Shown: positions 15,866 through 24,963 of the stretch, one piece after another | Numbering within the stretch: position 1 is the stretch's first letter | Layout of the letters: every line of letters starts with the position of its first letter | IMG/VR virus record: IMGVR_UViG_3300022602_003287 | Span: 1-52,555 of that record | Direction: 5' to 3' (one strand) | Length of the DNA: 52,555 nucleotides | DNA from: a virus | Lineage: Duplodnaviria; Caudoviricetes | Notes under the pieces: model-generated | Told to the model about the DNA's origin: nothing | What the model saw: only the letters and a program-made list of their open reading frames with translations | The model's database searches: none | Position numbers and translations under genes: made by a program

Positions 15866-16528
15866 TTATATTGCTGGTTGGTCTGTCGAGGGCACTACTT
15901 TTTTACCACCGAATCCGGTAGTGATGGCTGTTGTGGTGGGATCTGAACTTCCAAACCCTGAAGACGATACTGCTGGGCTTGTTGGGCTAGTTGTCGATCC
16001 AAATCCGTTGGACGAGCTAGACCCAAACGCTCCTGCTCCAGTGCTTGAACTGCTTCCAAAGCCGCTCGAGCCCGACGATCCAAATCCTCCACTTGATGCT
16101 CCAAAGTTGCTAGTAGTTCCACCAAAACTATTACTACTTGATGCCGGTGCTTGGTTACCAGTATTTATATTAGCCTGTATGTTAGCCGTTGGTGGTATGT
16201 ATGATGTACCTGCACCTTGTGGGAACTGCATTCCGCCGTTATTGGCACCACCTAGTTTTTCTTGTGTGCGTCCGTAAGCACTAACACCGATCACAGCTCC
16301 CATCGCGATATGGAATAGGCCAGCACCTTGTAATGTCAATGGTTGCCATTGGCTGTTAACCGCACCGTGGCTAAACATCTGTAGCAAACTCCATAAGATA
16401 GGGAATCCCACAAAGTCCATGGTACATACTAACATGTACATCCAGCCCATCATCGGACGCCATTTACTGTTCATCCAATCTTCTTTTTTCTTTTCGCTCG
16501 CTGTTGGTTTATATTCTTCGTCAGCCAT
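15866..16528 (-). CDS. Putative holin (3TM/GTA holin-like) with Gly/Ser-rich tail
   Basis: WRPMMGW motif, hydrophobic helices, YGRTQEK; adjacent to the endolysin. Confidence 0.6.
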   Translation of the reverse strand: MADEEYKPTASEKKKEDWMNSKWRPMMGWMYMLVCTMDFVGFPILWSLLQMFSHGAVNSQWQPLTLQGAGLFHIAMGAVIGVSAYGRTQEKLGGANNGGMQFPQGAGTSYIPPTANIQANINTGNQAPASSSNSFGGTTSNFGASSGGFGSSGSSGFGSSSSTGAGAFGSSSSNGFGSTTSPTSPAVSSSGFGSSDPTTTAITTGFGGKKVVPSTDQPAI

Positions 16529-16529
16529 T

Positions 16530-17153
16530 TTATGCTCCCATCACTTGTAGTGCGTGTTTGTAGTGTGCTTCTCTTTCTTCTAGACCAATAGTACCGCCGT
16601 TGATCTTTTTAGTTAATGTTAAGATATCGCCAGCGTCTGCCCATTTGTTTAGATTATTATTTTCCCAGAACCAGCAGGCTGATTGGGCGGCTCCTTCAAA
16701 TGTTGCTAGATAATCTGGTACATCGTCGATACTCATCTGTAGACTGTCAGCAAATGATTGATAGTTATCACGACCTGTAATCTGTATTAATCCCCTACCG
16801 CAGAACTTGTAACCATCACCGGATGCTTCGTCTCCGTTGCCCATACGATTGGCATAGATCTTATTGGCTATTTTTTCCTGTTGATGGGCATAGGCTTGTG
16901 CCGAATCCATTGTTGGAAAATACTTATGGAATAGCTTCATTAAACTCTCAGGACGATAGTTTAAGTTTTCTTTAATAGCAGTAAAGCCATTACTTTCATG
17001 TGCACACTGAGCGATAAATCCTGCTATACGCTGGGGTGAGTTGATATCGTAATCTGGGAGTAGTTGGATTAATGCCTCGTGCCAGTGTTCGACATGAGGA
17101 TTTGCGGGGATCATCTGTTGTAGTTGATCCTGGGTTAATATACAATCTGCCAT
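16530..17153 (-). CDS. Glycoside hydrolase family 19 endolysin
   Basis: FIAQCAHES, ENLNY, GRGLIQITGRDNY, SACWFW, KKINGG; start placed at ATG 17153 after AAGGAGG. Confidence 0.9.
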   Translation of the reverse strand: MADCILTQDQLQQMIPANPHVEHWHEALIQLLPDYDINSPQRIAGFIAQCAHESNGFTAIKENLNYRPESLMKLFHKYFPTMDSAQAYAHQQEKIANKIYANRMGNGDEASGDGYKFCGRGLIQITGRDNYQSFADSLQMSIDDVPDYLATFEGAAQSACWFWENNNLNKWADAGDILTLTKKINGGTIGLEEREAHYKHALQVMGA

Positions 17154-17211
17154 GTGTACCTCCTTGTACACAAATATTTAACCACTACTATAATAGGATA
17201 ATATGCGTATA

Positions 17212-17463
17212 TTATCCCGCAACACTAGCCAGGGCCAATAGACCGTTTAATACCTGATATGTTAGTTCTCTAGTATGCAGATCTTCTATAGCCACTTCTA
17301 TGTTAGCTTCATGTACTAGATCTGTTAAAAGACTTTTATATTCGTCAGGACCGCATTGTCCTTGTTGTAATGCCTCTTTTAGTACTCCTGCTCGGTTGGC
17401 TATCTCGACGATAGTTGGATGGCCGCTATTTGCCATCGCTTGAAGTTGTTCATCTAAATTCAT
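17212..17463 (-). CDS. Hypothetical protein in the lysis cluster
   Basis: 83 aa; ATGA-coupled to the upstream lipoprotein gene. Confidence 0.55.
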   Translation of the reverse strand: MNLDEQLQAMANSGHPTIVEIANRAGVLKEALQQGQCGPDEYKSLLTDLVHEANIEVAIEDLHTRELTYQVLNGLLALASVAG

Positions 17464-17864
17464 CTTGGTTTTGTCCCTACTATGTTTTGGATTTTAACTG
17501 CGTTGCGCTCTATGGTCGTGAACTTAGTGGTACAATAAAACATACTCACCGGTTCTGGTTTGCGATATCTATCGCGGAAATCTCTCACTATCTCTTCTAA
17601 TTCTTTCGCGGCTTTCTGTGTTTCTTCGTTATGAGGAATAAACTCGCCGTAGTTCTTAAACTGTAAAGATACATTATAAAGTTCGTTGACGGCCTGTTGT
17701 GCTTCCGGTTTTCCACATGTACTGGCATATTGGTTGCTCATAGTACGTATATCGTTGATCAACTTGTATTCATTGTTATCAAAATGTGCGGTGACGTAAG
17801 CATCATAAAGAGCACAGCTAGTTAGACTTAAAAGCATTGACAAAGATAATATTAGTTTTTTCAT
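17460..17864 (-). CDS. Lipoprotein
   Basis: MKKLILSLSMLLSLTSC lipobox. Confidence 0.7.
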   Translation of the reverse strand: MKKLILSLSMLLSLTSCALYDAYVTAHFDNNEYKLINDIRTMSNQYASTCGKPEAQQAVNELYNVSLQFKNYGEFIPHNEETQKAAKELEEIVRDFRDRYRKPEPVSMFYCTTKFTTIERNAVKIQNIVGTKPR

Positions 17865-18130
17865 TTTATTTCCTCAAATATTTTCTTTTGTGTAGTATAC
17901 CATTCATTCCACCCTTCTACTAGAGTTTTACAAAAATGATATTGAGAATAGTTATCTATAACTATTTCAGATACTACACTGAGTTTGTCTGTGCCTTCTG
18001 GAACTTCTTTAAGATCTCTACAGGCGGTGGTTAACTTATCTGGTGCTGTGGGAAATTTAGCAGTAACTGGTACTGCTTGATGCGCACATCCTGATAATAC
18101 GATTGACAAAACTATTAATAGTTTTTTCAT
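17861..18130 (-). CDS. Putative o-spanin lipoprotein
   Basis: LSGC lipobox, Pro-rich segment; directly downstream of an i-spanin-like gene. Confidence 0.7.
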   Translation of the reverse strand: MKKLLIVLSIVLSGCAHQAVPVTAKFPTAPDKLTTACRDLKEVPEGTDKLSVVSEIVIDNYSQYHFCKTLVEGWNEWYTTQKKIFEEIK

Positions 18131-18576
18131 TTGGCCTCCGGTGGTTCTTTGGCAGCATTATTGATTATCTTGATAGCTTCGGGATCTACCTTGCATTCGG
18201 CATCTATCTTAGCCGCTACTTCTTTGATCTGATTTTTATAAACTGTTTTATATTCTTTGATTACTTTAACTCTATTCTCTATCTTGGTTACGATCTTGAC
18301 ATTGGCTTTTTTACTTTTTTCCTCAGCCTGAGCTACTTTGGCCTGCATCTCTTCGACCTGTTTGCGCCAGCGCATTTCAGTATCATAGCTACCATAAAAG
18401 AAAACTCCAGCGATTATCAATAGTGTTCCGACTATCCTAGTAGGTTCTTTATAAGGAAGTAAGAATGGCAGGAAGTTAAAAAATAAACCAAGAACATATA
18501 ATACTGACCCCAAGCATAATATAGCAAGTATAGCTAGATGTAAAAGACTATCTGGAATAAAACTCAACATCCACAT
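18127..18576 (-). CDS. Putative i-spanin (Rz-like)
   Basis: N-terminal TM helices followed by a Lys/Glu coiled coil with a C-terminal Cys. Confidence 0.65.
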   Translation of the reverse strand: MWMLSFIPDSLLHLAILAILCLGSVLYVLGLFFNFLPFLLPYKEPTRIVGTLLIIAGVFFYGSYDTEMRWRKQVEEMQAKVAQAEEKSKKANVKIVTKIENRVKVIKEYKTVYKNQIKEVAAKIDAECKVDPEAIKIINNAAKEPPEAK

Positions 18577-18577
18577 T

Positions 18578-19333
18578 TTACCACCTATCTTTCTTAACTA
18601 TAACTGCTCTGTCTCCGTTCTTAATTAAAAACTTGTCGGCTATCTTATGTATTTCATAGTTGCCTAGATACTTCTCTAAAAAGACGGTTTCGTTTCTGCT
18701 CGTCTCATCTAACTGTATAGCACCCTGGATGCTATCTTTAACCTGTTCATAAGGTCCTAATGCTATTAATGAAAGCTGAAGACTTTCGCTGTACGGCTTT
18801 TTAAATGTAATATTGCCATTTTCATCTAATATAACTTCGTCGATAGCACCTTGGTTAAAAAACTCTGATACATCATTATTTTTGTATTCTAAGATCTTTG
18901 ATTCATATGCTGTGGGTTCTAACGGAATATGTTCTAGTATATTTTGTTCCGTAACTGGAAGGCTTCCGATCTCTTTATGATAACGGAATTTCCAATCATA
19001 ACAGTTACAAAGTTGGCTTATTCCTTCTAGCATACCTCGGATCTGTCCTGGCAGTTTCTTAGTACGTTCTAGCTCAACGAACACTTGATATTTTCCGTCT
19101 CGTTCTTCGCCTGTGCTCATGTCGGCGTCGAGTATAAATGGATATCCTTTTTCGACAAACTCCATCAAGTCTATAGCAGGAAACTTATCTTCAACACGGA
19201 ATCCTAATACTACTATATCTTTATCGTCTCCCATCTTGCTTTTATACTGATCGACTGTAAATACATGATCTACTAATCCGTCGAGATCCTTGGCACGCAG
19301 GCCTTCGAATAACTTAGGCTGTTGTTTGCGCAT
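18578..19333 (-). CDS. Hypothetical phage protein
   Basis: Likely start at MRKQQPKLFEG (19333); DQYKSKMGDDKDIVVLGF; ILDADMSTGE. Confidence 0.6.
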   Translation of the reverse strand: MRKQQPKLFEGLRAKDLDGLVDHVFTVDQYKSKMGDDKDIVVLGFRVEDKFPAIDLMEFVEKGYPFILDADMSTGEERDGKYQVFVELERTKKLPGQIRGMLEGISQLCNCYDWKFRYHKEIGSLPVTEQNILEHIPLEPTAYESKILEYKNNDVSEFFNQGAIDEVILDENGNITFKKPYSESLQLSLIALGPYEQVKDSIQGAIQLDETSRNETVFLEKYLGNYEIHKIADKFLIKNGDRAVIVKKDRW

Positions 19334-19853
19334 CTTGGATGGTTCCTTCTTGAGGTGCTTCGGCAGCCGCACCTTCGGCTGACATAGAATGAGATTGGTC
19401 ATATCGCATCATATCTGCGATAGCTTGGCTTTCTTTATTCTCATATCCTTGATATATATCCTGCATCAGCTTCTTAGGCATGCTGATAGTCACTATCCAA
19501 ATAGGATGGGCATCTATCTTACCTTTTTTAGTTCCAGGACGGAAATCGCTAGGATCGTGTATCTTTCGAGGAATCATTATATGATTCTTTTCATAGGAAA
19601 CTTTACAGCCGTATTCTAATAATCTCTCAGCGCCACTAGGATCGGGCATGTCTTCTTTAGGCCACATCCATTTGCAGGTCACGGTATATCTGTTAACTAT
19701 GGGTCCTGCTAGTAACTCTCCATCCAACCAGTTTTTATAAACATAAAGATCTAATTCATCTAGCACACGTTCATAATCTTTTAGGATCTTAAAGGTGCTG
19801 TCCGTAGAACTTAATGTCTGTAGGTTTTTAATAATGTCAACAATATCGTGCAT
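19314..19853 (-). CDS. Hypothetical phage protein
   Basis: 179 aa; ATAAATA upstream at 19872; transcribed divergently from phoH. Confidence 0.65.
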   Translation of the reverse strand: MHDIVDIIKNLQTLSSTDSTFKILKDYERVLDELDLYVYKNWLDGELLAGPIVNRYTVTCKWMWPKEDMPDPSGAERLLEYGCKVSYEKNHIMIPRKIHDPSDFRPGTKKGKIDAHPIWIVTISMPKKLMQDIYQGYENKESQAIADMMRYDQSHSMSAEGAAAEAPQEGTIQDAQTTA

Positions 19854-19968
19854 AGGGATTCTCTCTACAAGTATTTATGCGATCCAAAACTAACCTGTTT
19901 CTTACGGTTTTTGGAAACAAGATGTAAATAAGTGTGCAGGTCGTTTTGTTCAAACAAAGGAGGCAAAT

Positions 19969-20721
19969 TTGCCTAGAACAAAAAGAAAAGAGCGTGATCA
20001 AAGAGTGATCCGTGATCCACGCTTTCATAATGAAGGTGCGAATCTGATCGAGATCAGACCGTTCCTAAAGAAAAAGCCGCAGGTCCAGATAATCCCGCGT
20101 AACCTTGCGCAGGAGACTTATCTAGAACTCCTAAAAAATCCCAAGAAATATATCATATTCGCTATCGGCCCTGCTGGTACGGGTAAGACTATGCTTGGCG
20201 TCCAAATGGCCATTAAACAACTGAGAGAGGGGGTGATTACAAAAATAGTCATTACTAGACCGGCCGTTTCCGTGGATGAAGAACATGGATTTTTACCAGG
20301 AGATCTAAACGCCAAAATGGCGCCTTGGACAAGACCGATAATGGATGTTTTTGAGGAGTATTATCACCCGAAGGAAATAACAACCATGTTAGAAGATGGC
20401 GTGATTGAAATAGCACCCCTTGCCTATATGAGGGGTAGGACTTTTAAGAATGCTTATATTATAGGAGATGAAATGCAAAACGCTACTCCGAGCCAGATGA
20501 AGATGTTGCTCACTAGGCTAGGAGAAGGCAGTCGCATGGTAGTCACTGGTGACCTTAATCAAGCCGACCGTCCACAAGAGAACGGGCTACTTGATTTCGT
20601 TAATCTGTATAAAGATGCAGACCATCACAAGTTTATAGATATGGCGTTGTTTGACGCAAACCATATCGAAAGGCACCCAGTGGTAAAAGAAGTTTTATCA
20701 ATATATAAGGAGTCGGATTGA
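19969..20721 (+). CDS. phoH: PhoH family ATPase
   Basis: GPAGTGKT, ITRPAV, GFLPG, AYMRGRTF, DEMQN, TGDLNQ, RHP; AGGAGG RBS with a TTG start. Confidence 0.93.
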   Translation: MPRTKRKERDQRVIRDPRFHNEGANLIEIRPFLKKKPQVQIIPRNLAQETYLELLKNPKKYIIFAIGPAGTGKTMLGVQMAIKQLREGVITKIVITRPAVSVDEEHGFLPGDLNAKMAPWTRPIMDVFEEYYHPKEITTMLEDGVIEIAPLAYMRGRTFKNAYIIGDEMQNATPSQMKMLLTRLGEGSRMVVTGDLNQADRPQENGLLDFVNLYKDADHHKFIDMALFDANHIERHPVVKEVLSIYKESD

Positions 20722-20743
20722 CGAGAAAACTTAGTTAATACGT

Positions 20744-20797
20744 AAAACCGTGTATCAATCATTGACCTGCAATCGGCGATTGACTACACGGTTTTTT
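20744..20797. terminator. Bidirectional intrinsic terminator between convergent phoH and clamp-loader genes
   Basis: AAAACCGTGT-A-TCAATC ... GATTGA-CT-ACACGGTTTTTT hairpin with A/T tails on both sides. Confidence 0.75.
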
Positions 20798-21716
20798 ATT
20801 GCAGTCTAGCTAGTTTGACCAACGTTGCTGACAGGTTTATTTCAGCATCTGCGCATAGTGTATGATCGACTAATCCCTGTTTGATTATGATCACCGCTGA
20901 ATCTTTAGTTTCTTCATCTTTGCCGAACAGTCCGATGTTGTCGTAACACCATCTGTAGATCTCAGGCATCTCTTCTGCCGTAGCCCGACCGCATAGTAAC
21001 TTACGTGCTTCTTGTATCTTACCCTTCTTGAACAGTTCAACCATCTCTATCTTATAGTCGCTGACTCCACTATCTTCGACTTTGGGATCAACTAGCATTC
21101 CTTCTACGCTGTTCTGTTGCACTAGATTGATACATTTGCGTAGGTCTGGATATACCGCTTTGACATAGGTATCTAATACATCTAGATCAAACTCAACGCC
21201 TTCTTCTACTAGGATAGTGGCTACCCTTGCTGTATATTCAACTTGATCAATCGATGCAAAGTGCATCTGTTGGCAACGGCTGTGTAGTGCTGGAACGATC
21301 CTCTGCGGAGTATTACAGGTTAATATAAATCTACTGTGATTAGAATATTCTTCCATTACTCCTTTGAGGGCATCTTGAGCTTCAGGAGTCAATCGATCTG
21401 CCTCATCTAGCAATACACATTTGAAAGCACTAAAAGGGATCATCTGGACAAAGTTAGTGATACGTTCGCGGACTTCGCTGATACCTCTTTCACGACTCGC
21501 ATTGATCTCTAATATATCATATTCTGATATCTCGAGCTCATTCAATAATAGTTTGGCCAGTGTAGTCTTTCCTATACCAGGGGTGCCACTTAGCAACAGA
21601 TGTGGTATGCTACCTTCTTTGATCCAACCCTGTATCTGTTTTTTCTGTCCAGCATCGCGGAACACATAACCATCTACTGTTTTCGGACGGTATTTTTCAG
21701 TCCAGAGTTCTTTCAT
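20796..21716 (-). CDS. Sliding-clamp loader ATPase subunit (T4 gp44/RFC small-like)
   Basis: LWTEKYRP, GTPGIGKTT, EINAS, LLDEAD, SRC motifs. Confidence 0.92.
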   Translation of the reverse strand: MKELWTEKYRPKTVDGYVFRDAGQKKQIQGWIKEGSIPHLLLSGTPGIGKTTLAKLLLNELEISEYDILEINASRERGISEVRERITNFVQMIPFSAFKCVLLDEADRLTPEAQDALKGVMEEYSNHSRFILTCNTPQRIVPALHSRCQQMHFASIDQVEYTARVATILVEEGVEFDLDVLDTYVKAVYPDLRKCINLVQQNSVEGMLVDPKVEDSGVSDYKIEMVELFKKGKIQEARKLLCGRATAEEMPEIYRWCYDNIGLFGKDEETKDSAVIIIKQGLVDHTLCADAEINLSATLVKLARLQ

Positions 21717-21925
21717 TTTATTTTCCTAAACTTGTTTAATATCTCGTTAGCCTGAGTGAAATCTGTGATAGGAGTGATATCATCTTCTACAGGAACTGGT
21801 TTAATCACTATACCTGTGGGTTGTTTTGGATCATAAGACAATACTAGATTATGTGTCTTGGAATTCCAGAATCCCTCGTTAAAGTTGAGATTAACGGTTT
21901 TGATTTTTGAATGATCAAATATCAT
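21713..21925 (-). CDS. Hypothetical protein
   Basis: ATGA-coupled on both sides. Confidence 0.55.
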   Translation of the reverse strand: MIFDHSKIKTVNLNFNEGFWNSKTHNLVLSYDPKQPTGIVIKPVPVEDDITPITDFTQANEILNKFRKIK

Positions 21926-22254
21926 GATCTTAGTGCTTCCTGTGTTAATATCTTATCAAGTTCTCTGCAGAAATCCTGGTCAGATGTGATAACATATAGA
22001 CTATCGTAATGACGATCTTTACGTTCATCAAATCTACGAGTTTGGATAACTCTACCACCATTAGCAAAATATACTTCAAAGCGAATAGAGTTACCGCCGC
22101 TTAGATGTACCTCGCTTAGTGCTGCACCACTATCTGATATAATATGATGCTCGCTATCGTATAGCCAATCTCTGAAACGTTGTTTCAATGTTTTTTTCCT
22201 GTTACTTGCTGTCATCGCTTTTTCTAGAGCTATCGCTGGTCCATATCTATTCAT
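21922..22254 (-). CDS. Hypothetical protein
   Basis: ATGA-coupled on both sides. Confidence 0.6.
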   Translation of the reverse strand: MNRYGPAIALEKAMTASNRKKTLKQRFRDWLYDSEHHIISDSGAALSEVHLSGGNSIRFEVYFANGGRVIQTRRFDERKDRHYDSLYVITSDQDFCRELDKILTQEALRS

Positions 22255-22724
22255 TGTTTTAATCCTTTGTTTACTTCTGCTTGAACTACTCGTTTGCGCA
22301 GGCTACTACTACTGAATGAATGGTCTCTACCGTTATATACTAAGTCTATTCCACGGTCCCAGCATATTTTCTTGCCGGTGAAATCTTTACCTTCGTATTC
22401 TACACCTAATATCCTAACATCTATAGGTAATGTTAGCAAGATATCTTCGAGGTCTTTCTCAGTCTGATAAACGACTATTTCGTCCACGTAGCGAACAGCG
22501 GCTAACTGTATCTGCCTTTCTACTATACTCTGTACCGGGGGATTTTTATCATTTGGCCTATCTATGCTGGCATCGGTCTGTAGGCCTGCGATTAGATAAT
22601 CACAGTGATTTTTAACTTCTGCCAGCATAGCTATATGTCCGGCATGTAGTAGATCGAACTGACTGAACACTATACCGATCTTTTTTCCGTCTGCTTTGAG
22701 ATTTTTGATTTTATTGAATATCAT
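22251..22724 (-). CDS. Cytidylyltransferase (TagD/RfaE-domain-like)
   Basis: FDLLHAGH (HxGH), AVRYVDEIV and RDHSFSSSSLR motifs. Confidence 0.85.
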   Translation of the reverse strand: MIFNKIKNLKADGKKIGIVFSQFDLLHAGHIAMLAEVKNHCDYLIAGLQTDASIDRPNDKNPPVQSIVERQIQLAAVRYVDEIVVYQTEKDLEDILLTLPIDVRILGVEYEGKDFTGKKICWDRGIDLVYNGRDHSFSSSSLRKRVVQAEVNKGLKQ

Positions 22725-22903
22725 TAATATCTACTTCCTGGTTGTCCTGATTCATTACTGCCTGTACAGGGTAATGTATGATCTGTGCTGTGGGGACAAC
22801 GTTTATTTCCACAGGTTGGGCACACTATCATTCGAGTCATTACAAAAGGTATTCCTTCTTCAGTGACTCTATCTTTGTTACAGTTATAGCACCAGCATTT
22901 CAT
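22724..22903 (-). CDS. Small Cys-rich protein (59 aa, absent from the ORF track)
   Basis: Hand translation MKCWCYNCNKDRVTEEGIPFVMTRMIVCPTCGNKRCPHSTDHTLPCTGSNESGQPGSRY; TAATG coupling at both ends. Confidence 0.7.
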   Translation of the reverse strand: MKCWCYNCNKDRVTEEGIPFVMTRMIVCPTCGNKRCPHSTDHTLPCTGSNESGQPGSRY

Positions 22904-23139
22904 TAATATGGTCTCTTAAGTTCTGTTTCGACCATAAACTGGCGAAATGCTTTATACACAGCTTTTGCTTCTTGCTCATCTTGAGGAACTTTTACTCCGC
23001 GGATCCAAAATCCTTCATCGGTAATTTTTAGTATAGGAGTCTCACTTGGATCATCAGATGTATGAAAAGCTATAGTATTTGTTTCTGTCACTTTTTGATC
23101 TACAATATACTCGCTAGTATCCCAGTCAAATTCACTCAT
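22903..23139 (-). CDS. Hypothetical protein
   Basis: 78 aa; AGGAG RBS; overlaps its neighbours. Confidence 0.6.
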   Translation of the reverse strand: MSEFDWDTSEYIVDQKVTETNTIAFHTSDDPSETPILKITDEGFWIRGVKVPQDEQEAKAVYKAFRQFMVETELKRPY

Positions 23140-23380
23140 CGAATTCTCCTTTTAGGATCTTTTCAACTATCTGTTGGTCGTGTTTCTTTAAGAATTCTTC
23201 CTCATCTACATATGTGCCGCATCGCTTTAAGGCATCTTCCACTAACCATTTGATGCGGTAGAGGTCTTGTTTACAACCCCATCCGATGAACCCTGTGTTA
23301 TACGGACTGTTGGCTTCATGAGCCAATGTGTTTATTTGTCGTGCTATATCGGGCACGTCCCAGTTTTTTTTAAATCCCAT
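23132..23380 (-). CDS. Hypothetical protein
   Basis: 82 aa, directly after a consensus promoter. Confidence 0.6.
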   Translation of the reverse strand: MGFKKNWDVPDIARQINTLAHEANSPYNTGFIGWGCKQDLYRIKWLVEDALKRCGTYVDEEEFLKKHDQQIVEKILKGEFDE

Positions 23381-23385
23381 GCCTT

Positions 23386-23414
23386 AGTATAAAGCACAGA
23401 CTGGCCTATGTCAA
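23386..23414 (-). promoter_or_regulatory. Sigma70-type promoter (leaderless geometry)
   Basis: TTGACA-17-TATACT with ATG 5 nt downstream. Confidence 0.75.
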
Positions 23415-23875
23415 GAGGCGAACCAGATTTCTTTGAAACCTTCTTGCTCAGAAGGCATTTCAAAACTATTAATCATACCTTCGATTACTACCTCGGGGAT
23501 TTCTTTCCCTGGACGATTATCTAATCTACGCTTTAGTTCAATCCTAGATGGTGTCTCAAATACTATCGCTATGTGTTCATAGCCGGGTAACATGCGGAAT
23601 TTCTTAGCACGGCTTTTTTCAGTCGTGCTAGTTTGATCCCAAATAATATCTTGGCCAGCATCTCTAGCCAATTTAACATGTTCAGTCATGATGTTAACGG
23701 CTTTGGGCATGTATTCTACAAACACTTCTGAATAAGTTTTTCCCTGTTCTTTAGCATAAAGTTCTACCCAGGAGTCTGTGCTTATGTAAGCACAATCTTT
23801 AACCCAGTCTTGATTTGTTACCCAGGTACTTTTTCCCGAACCTGGAACTCCCACTAGTTGATAACATCTTGGCAT
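23411..23875 (-). CDS. P-loop kinase (AAA_33/polynucleotide-kinase-like)
   Basis: GVPGSGKST, YISTD, IIWDQT, R...R..K.IP motifs. Confidence 0.8.
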   Translation of the reverse strand: MPRCYQLVGVPGSGKSTWVTNQDWVKDCAYISTDSWVELYAKEQGKTYSEVFVEYMPKAVNIMTEHVKLARDAGQDIIWDQTSTTEKSRAKKFRMLPGYEHIAIVFETPSRIELKRRLDNRPGKEIPEVVIEGMINSFEMPSEQEGFKEIWFAS

Positions 23876-24210
23876 TAATCGCCCTTCATTACATCCTGAG
23901 GTTTTTCATCGCTGATCATCATTATAGCATTTGGATCAACACCATGCACGTTTAAGATCGTGCCATCTTCTTGTTCTATCTCAAACTTGCGGGTCCAACG
24001 ACCGTGTTCGATCAAGATCCAATCACCTAGCTTAACTTCGTCGACACCTTCGCCTATTGCCCATACACGGCCCCATCGAGGCTTGATGCCCTGTGTCTTA
24101 CCATCATCGCTCAATAGGACTAATCCCAATCTTGTTATTTCGTAACCAAACTGCATTTCACTAACTAAGATCCTGCCCTTCAGAGGATTCAGTTTACCTT
24201 TTACTACCAT
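23875..24210 (-). CDS. GroES-like co-chaperonin
   Basis: LNPLKGRILV, TRLGLVL mobile loop, GRVWAIGEG, VKLGDWIL. Confidence 0.8.
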   Translation of the reverse strand: MVVKGKLNPLKGRILVSEMQFGYEITRLGLVLLSDDGKTQGIKPRWGRVWAIGEGVDEVKLGDWILIEHGRWTRKFEIEQEDGTILNVHGVDPNAIMMISDEKPQDVMKGD

Positions 24211-24219
24211 ACTTGACCT

Positions 24220-24432
24220 TTACTTCTTATTTGCTTGTGATTTTGGATTGCTTTGATAATAGTCGCTTACTATTTCTTCACGCTTACGTATGATCTCTCC
24301 GTTAGGTCCTAGCTCATCTCCGCGTGCATTGATTTTAACATTACTCACGGCAGGCATAGTAGCATGACGAGACATTAATGATTCCATATCAATCTCCTTA
24401 CCCTTCATCGATCTATAAATCTTTTTAGCCAT
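24220..24432 (-). CDS. Hypothetical protein
   Basis: 70 aa; AVSNVKINARGDELG; GGAG RBS. Confidence 0.65.
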   Translation of the reverse strand: MAKKIYRSMKGKEIDMESLMSRHATMPAVSNVKINARGDELGPNGEIIRKREEIVSDYYQSNPKSQANKK

Positions 24433-24441
24433 TTCGTTCTC

Positions 24442-24963
24442 CTATTTTAAGAATTCTCTTATATCTAATCCATATTTGATACTGTCTATCTTATGGATTC
24501 CTATCAGATATAGCACATAACTGGCCACGCTACTTCCACGACCTACTCCCCATACTATATCATGATACCTCATGGTATCTATCAAGTATTTACAATATCG
24601 TAGAACATCGATCATATTATGTTGGCGGAAAAGCACTAATTCATCCTGCACTCTCTGCGTTTTCGTATCAGTATCACAAAGGCCCATAAGCCAGGTTTCT
24701 ATGTCTAGTTCTTTATAAACATCGTCCATAAACCAGTTTGATTGATTTTCCTTATCAAACTCTATGAGATCTACATCTAGTATCTCGTAGTGTTTTATCT
24801 TTGCTATAGGATCTGCGTTTAGTTCGATTGATCGATTAAACTGCTTCACAGTTTCTGTATCGCTAAACTCTAGAACGGACAGTGCAACTGGGGAGCCATT
24901 ATACAGCGCAGTGAAAGCATCATCACTGTTGACAGTCGCCCTACCAAACTGGTCTGTTTTCAT
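24442..24963 (-). CDS. Stand-alone fragment of DNA polymerase III alpha (DnaE) palm region
   Basis: WGVGRGSSVASYVLYLIGIHKIDSIKYGLDIREFL matches the DnaE GPGRGS..GSLVAY.L.IT..DP....L.FERFL motif; the ORF ends before PDxDxD. Confidence 0.8.
   Translation of the reverse strand: MKTDQFGRATVNSDDAFTALYNGSPVALSVLEFSDTETVKQFNRSIELNADPIAKIKHYEILDVDLIEFDKENQSNWFMDDVYKELDIETWLMGLCDTDTKTQRVQDELVLFRQHNMIDVLRYCKYLIDTMRYHDIVWGVGRGSSVASYVLYLIGIHKIDSIKYGLDIREFLK

Noticed and set aside
24220-24963. TAG readthrough or stop-codon reassignment joining the DnaE fragment to the in-frame downstream ORF
   Set aside because: The downstream 70-aa ORF has its own RBS and no DnaE PDxDxD motif, and recognisable genes throughout the window are full length under the standard code.
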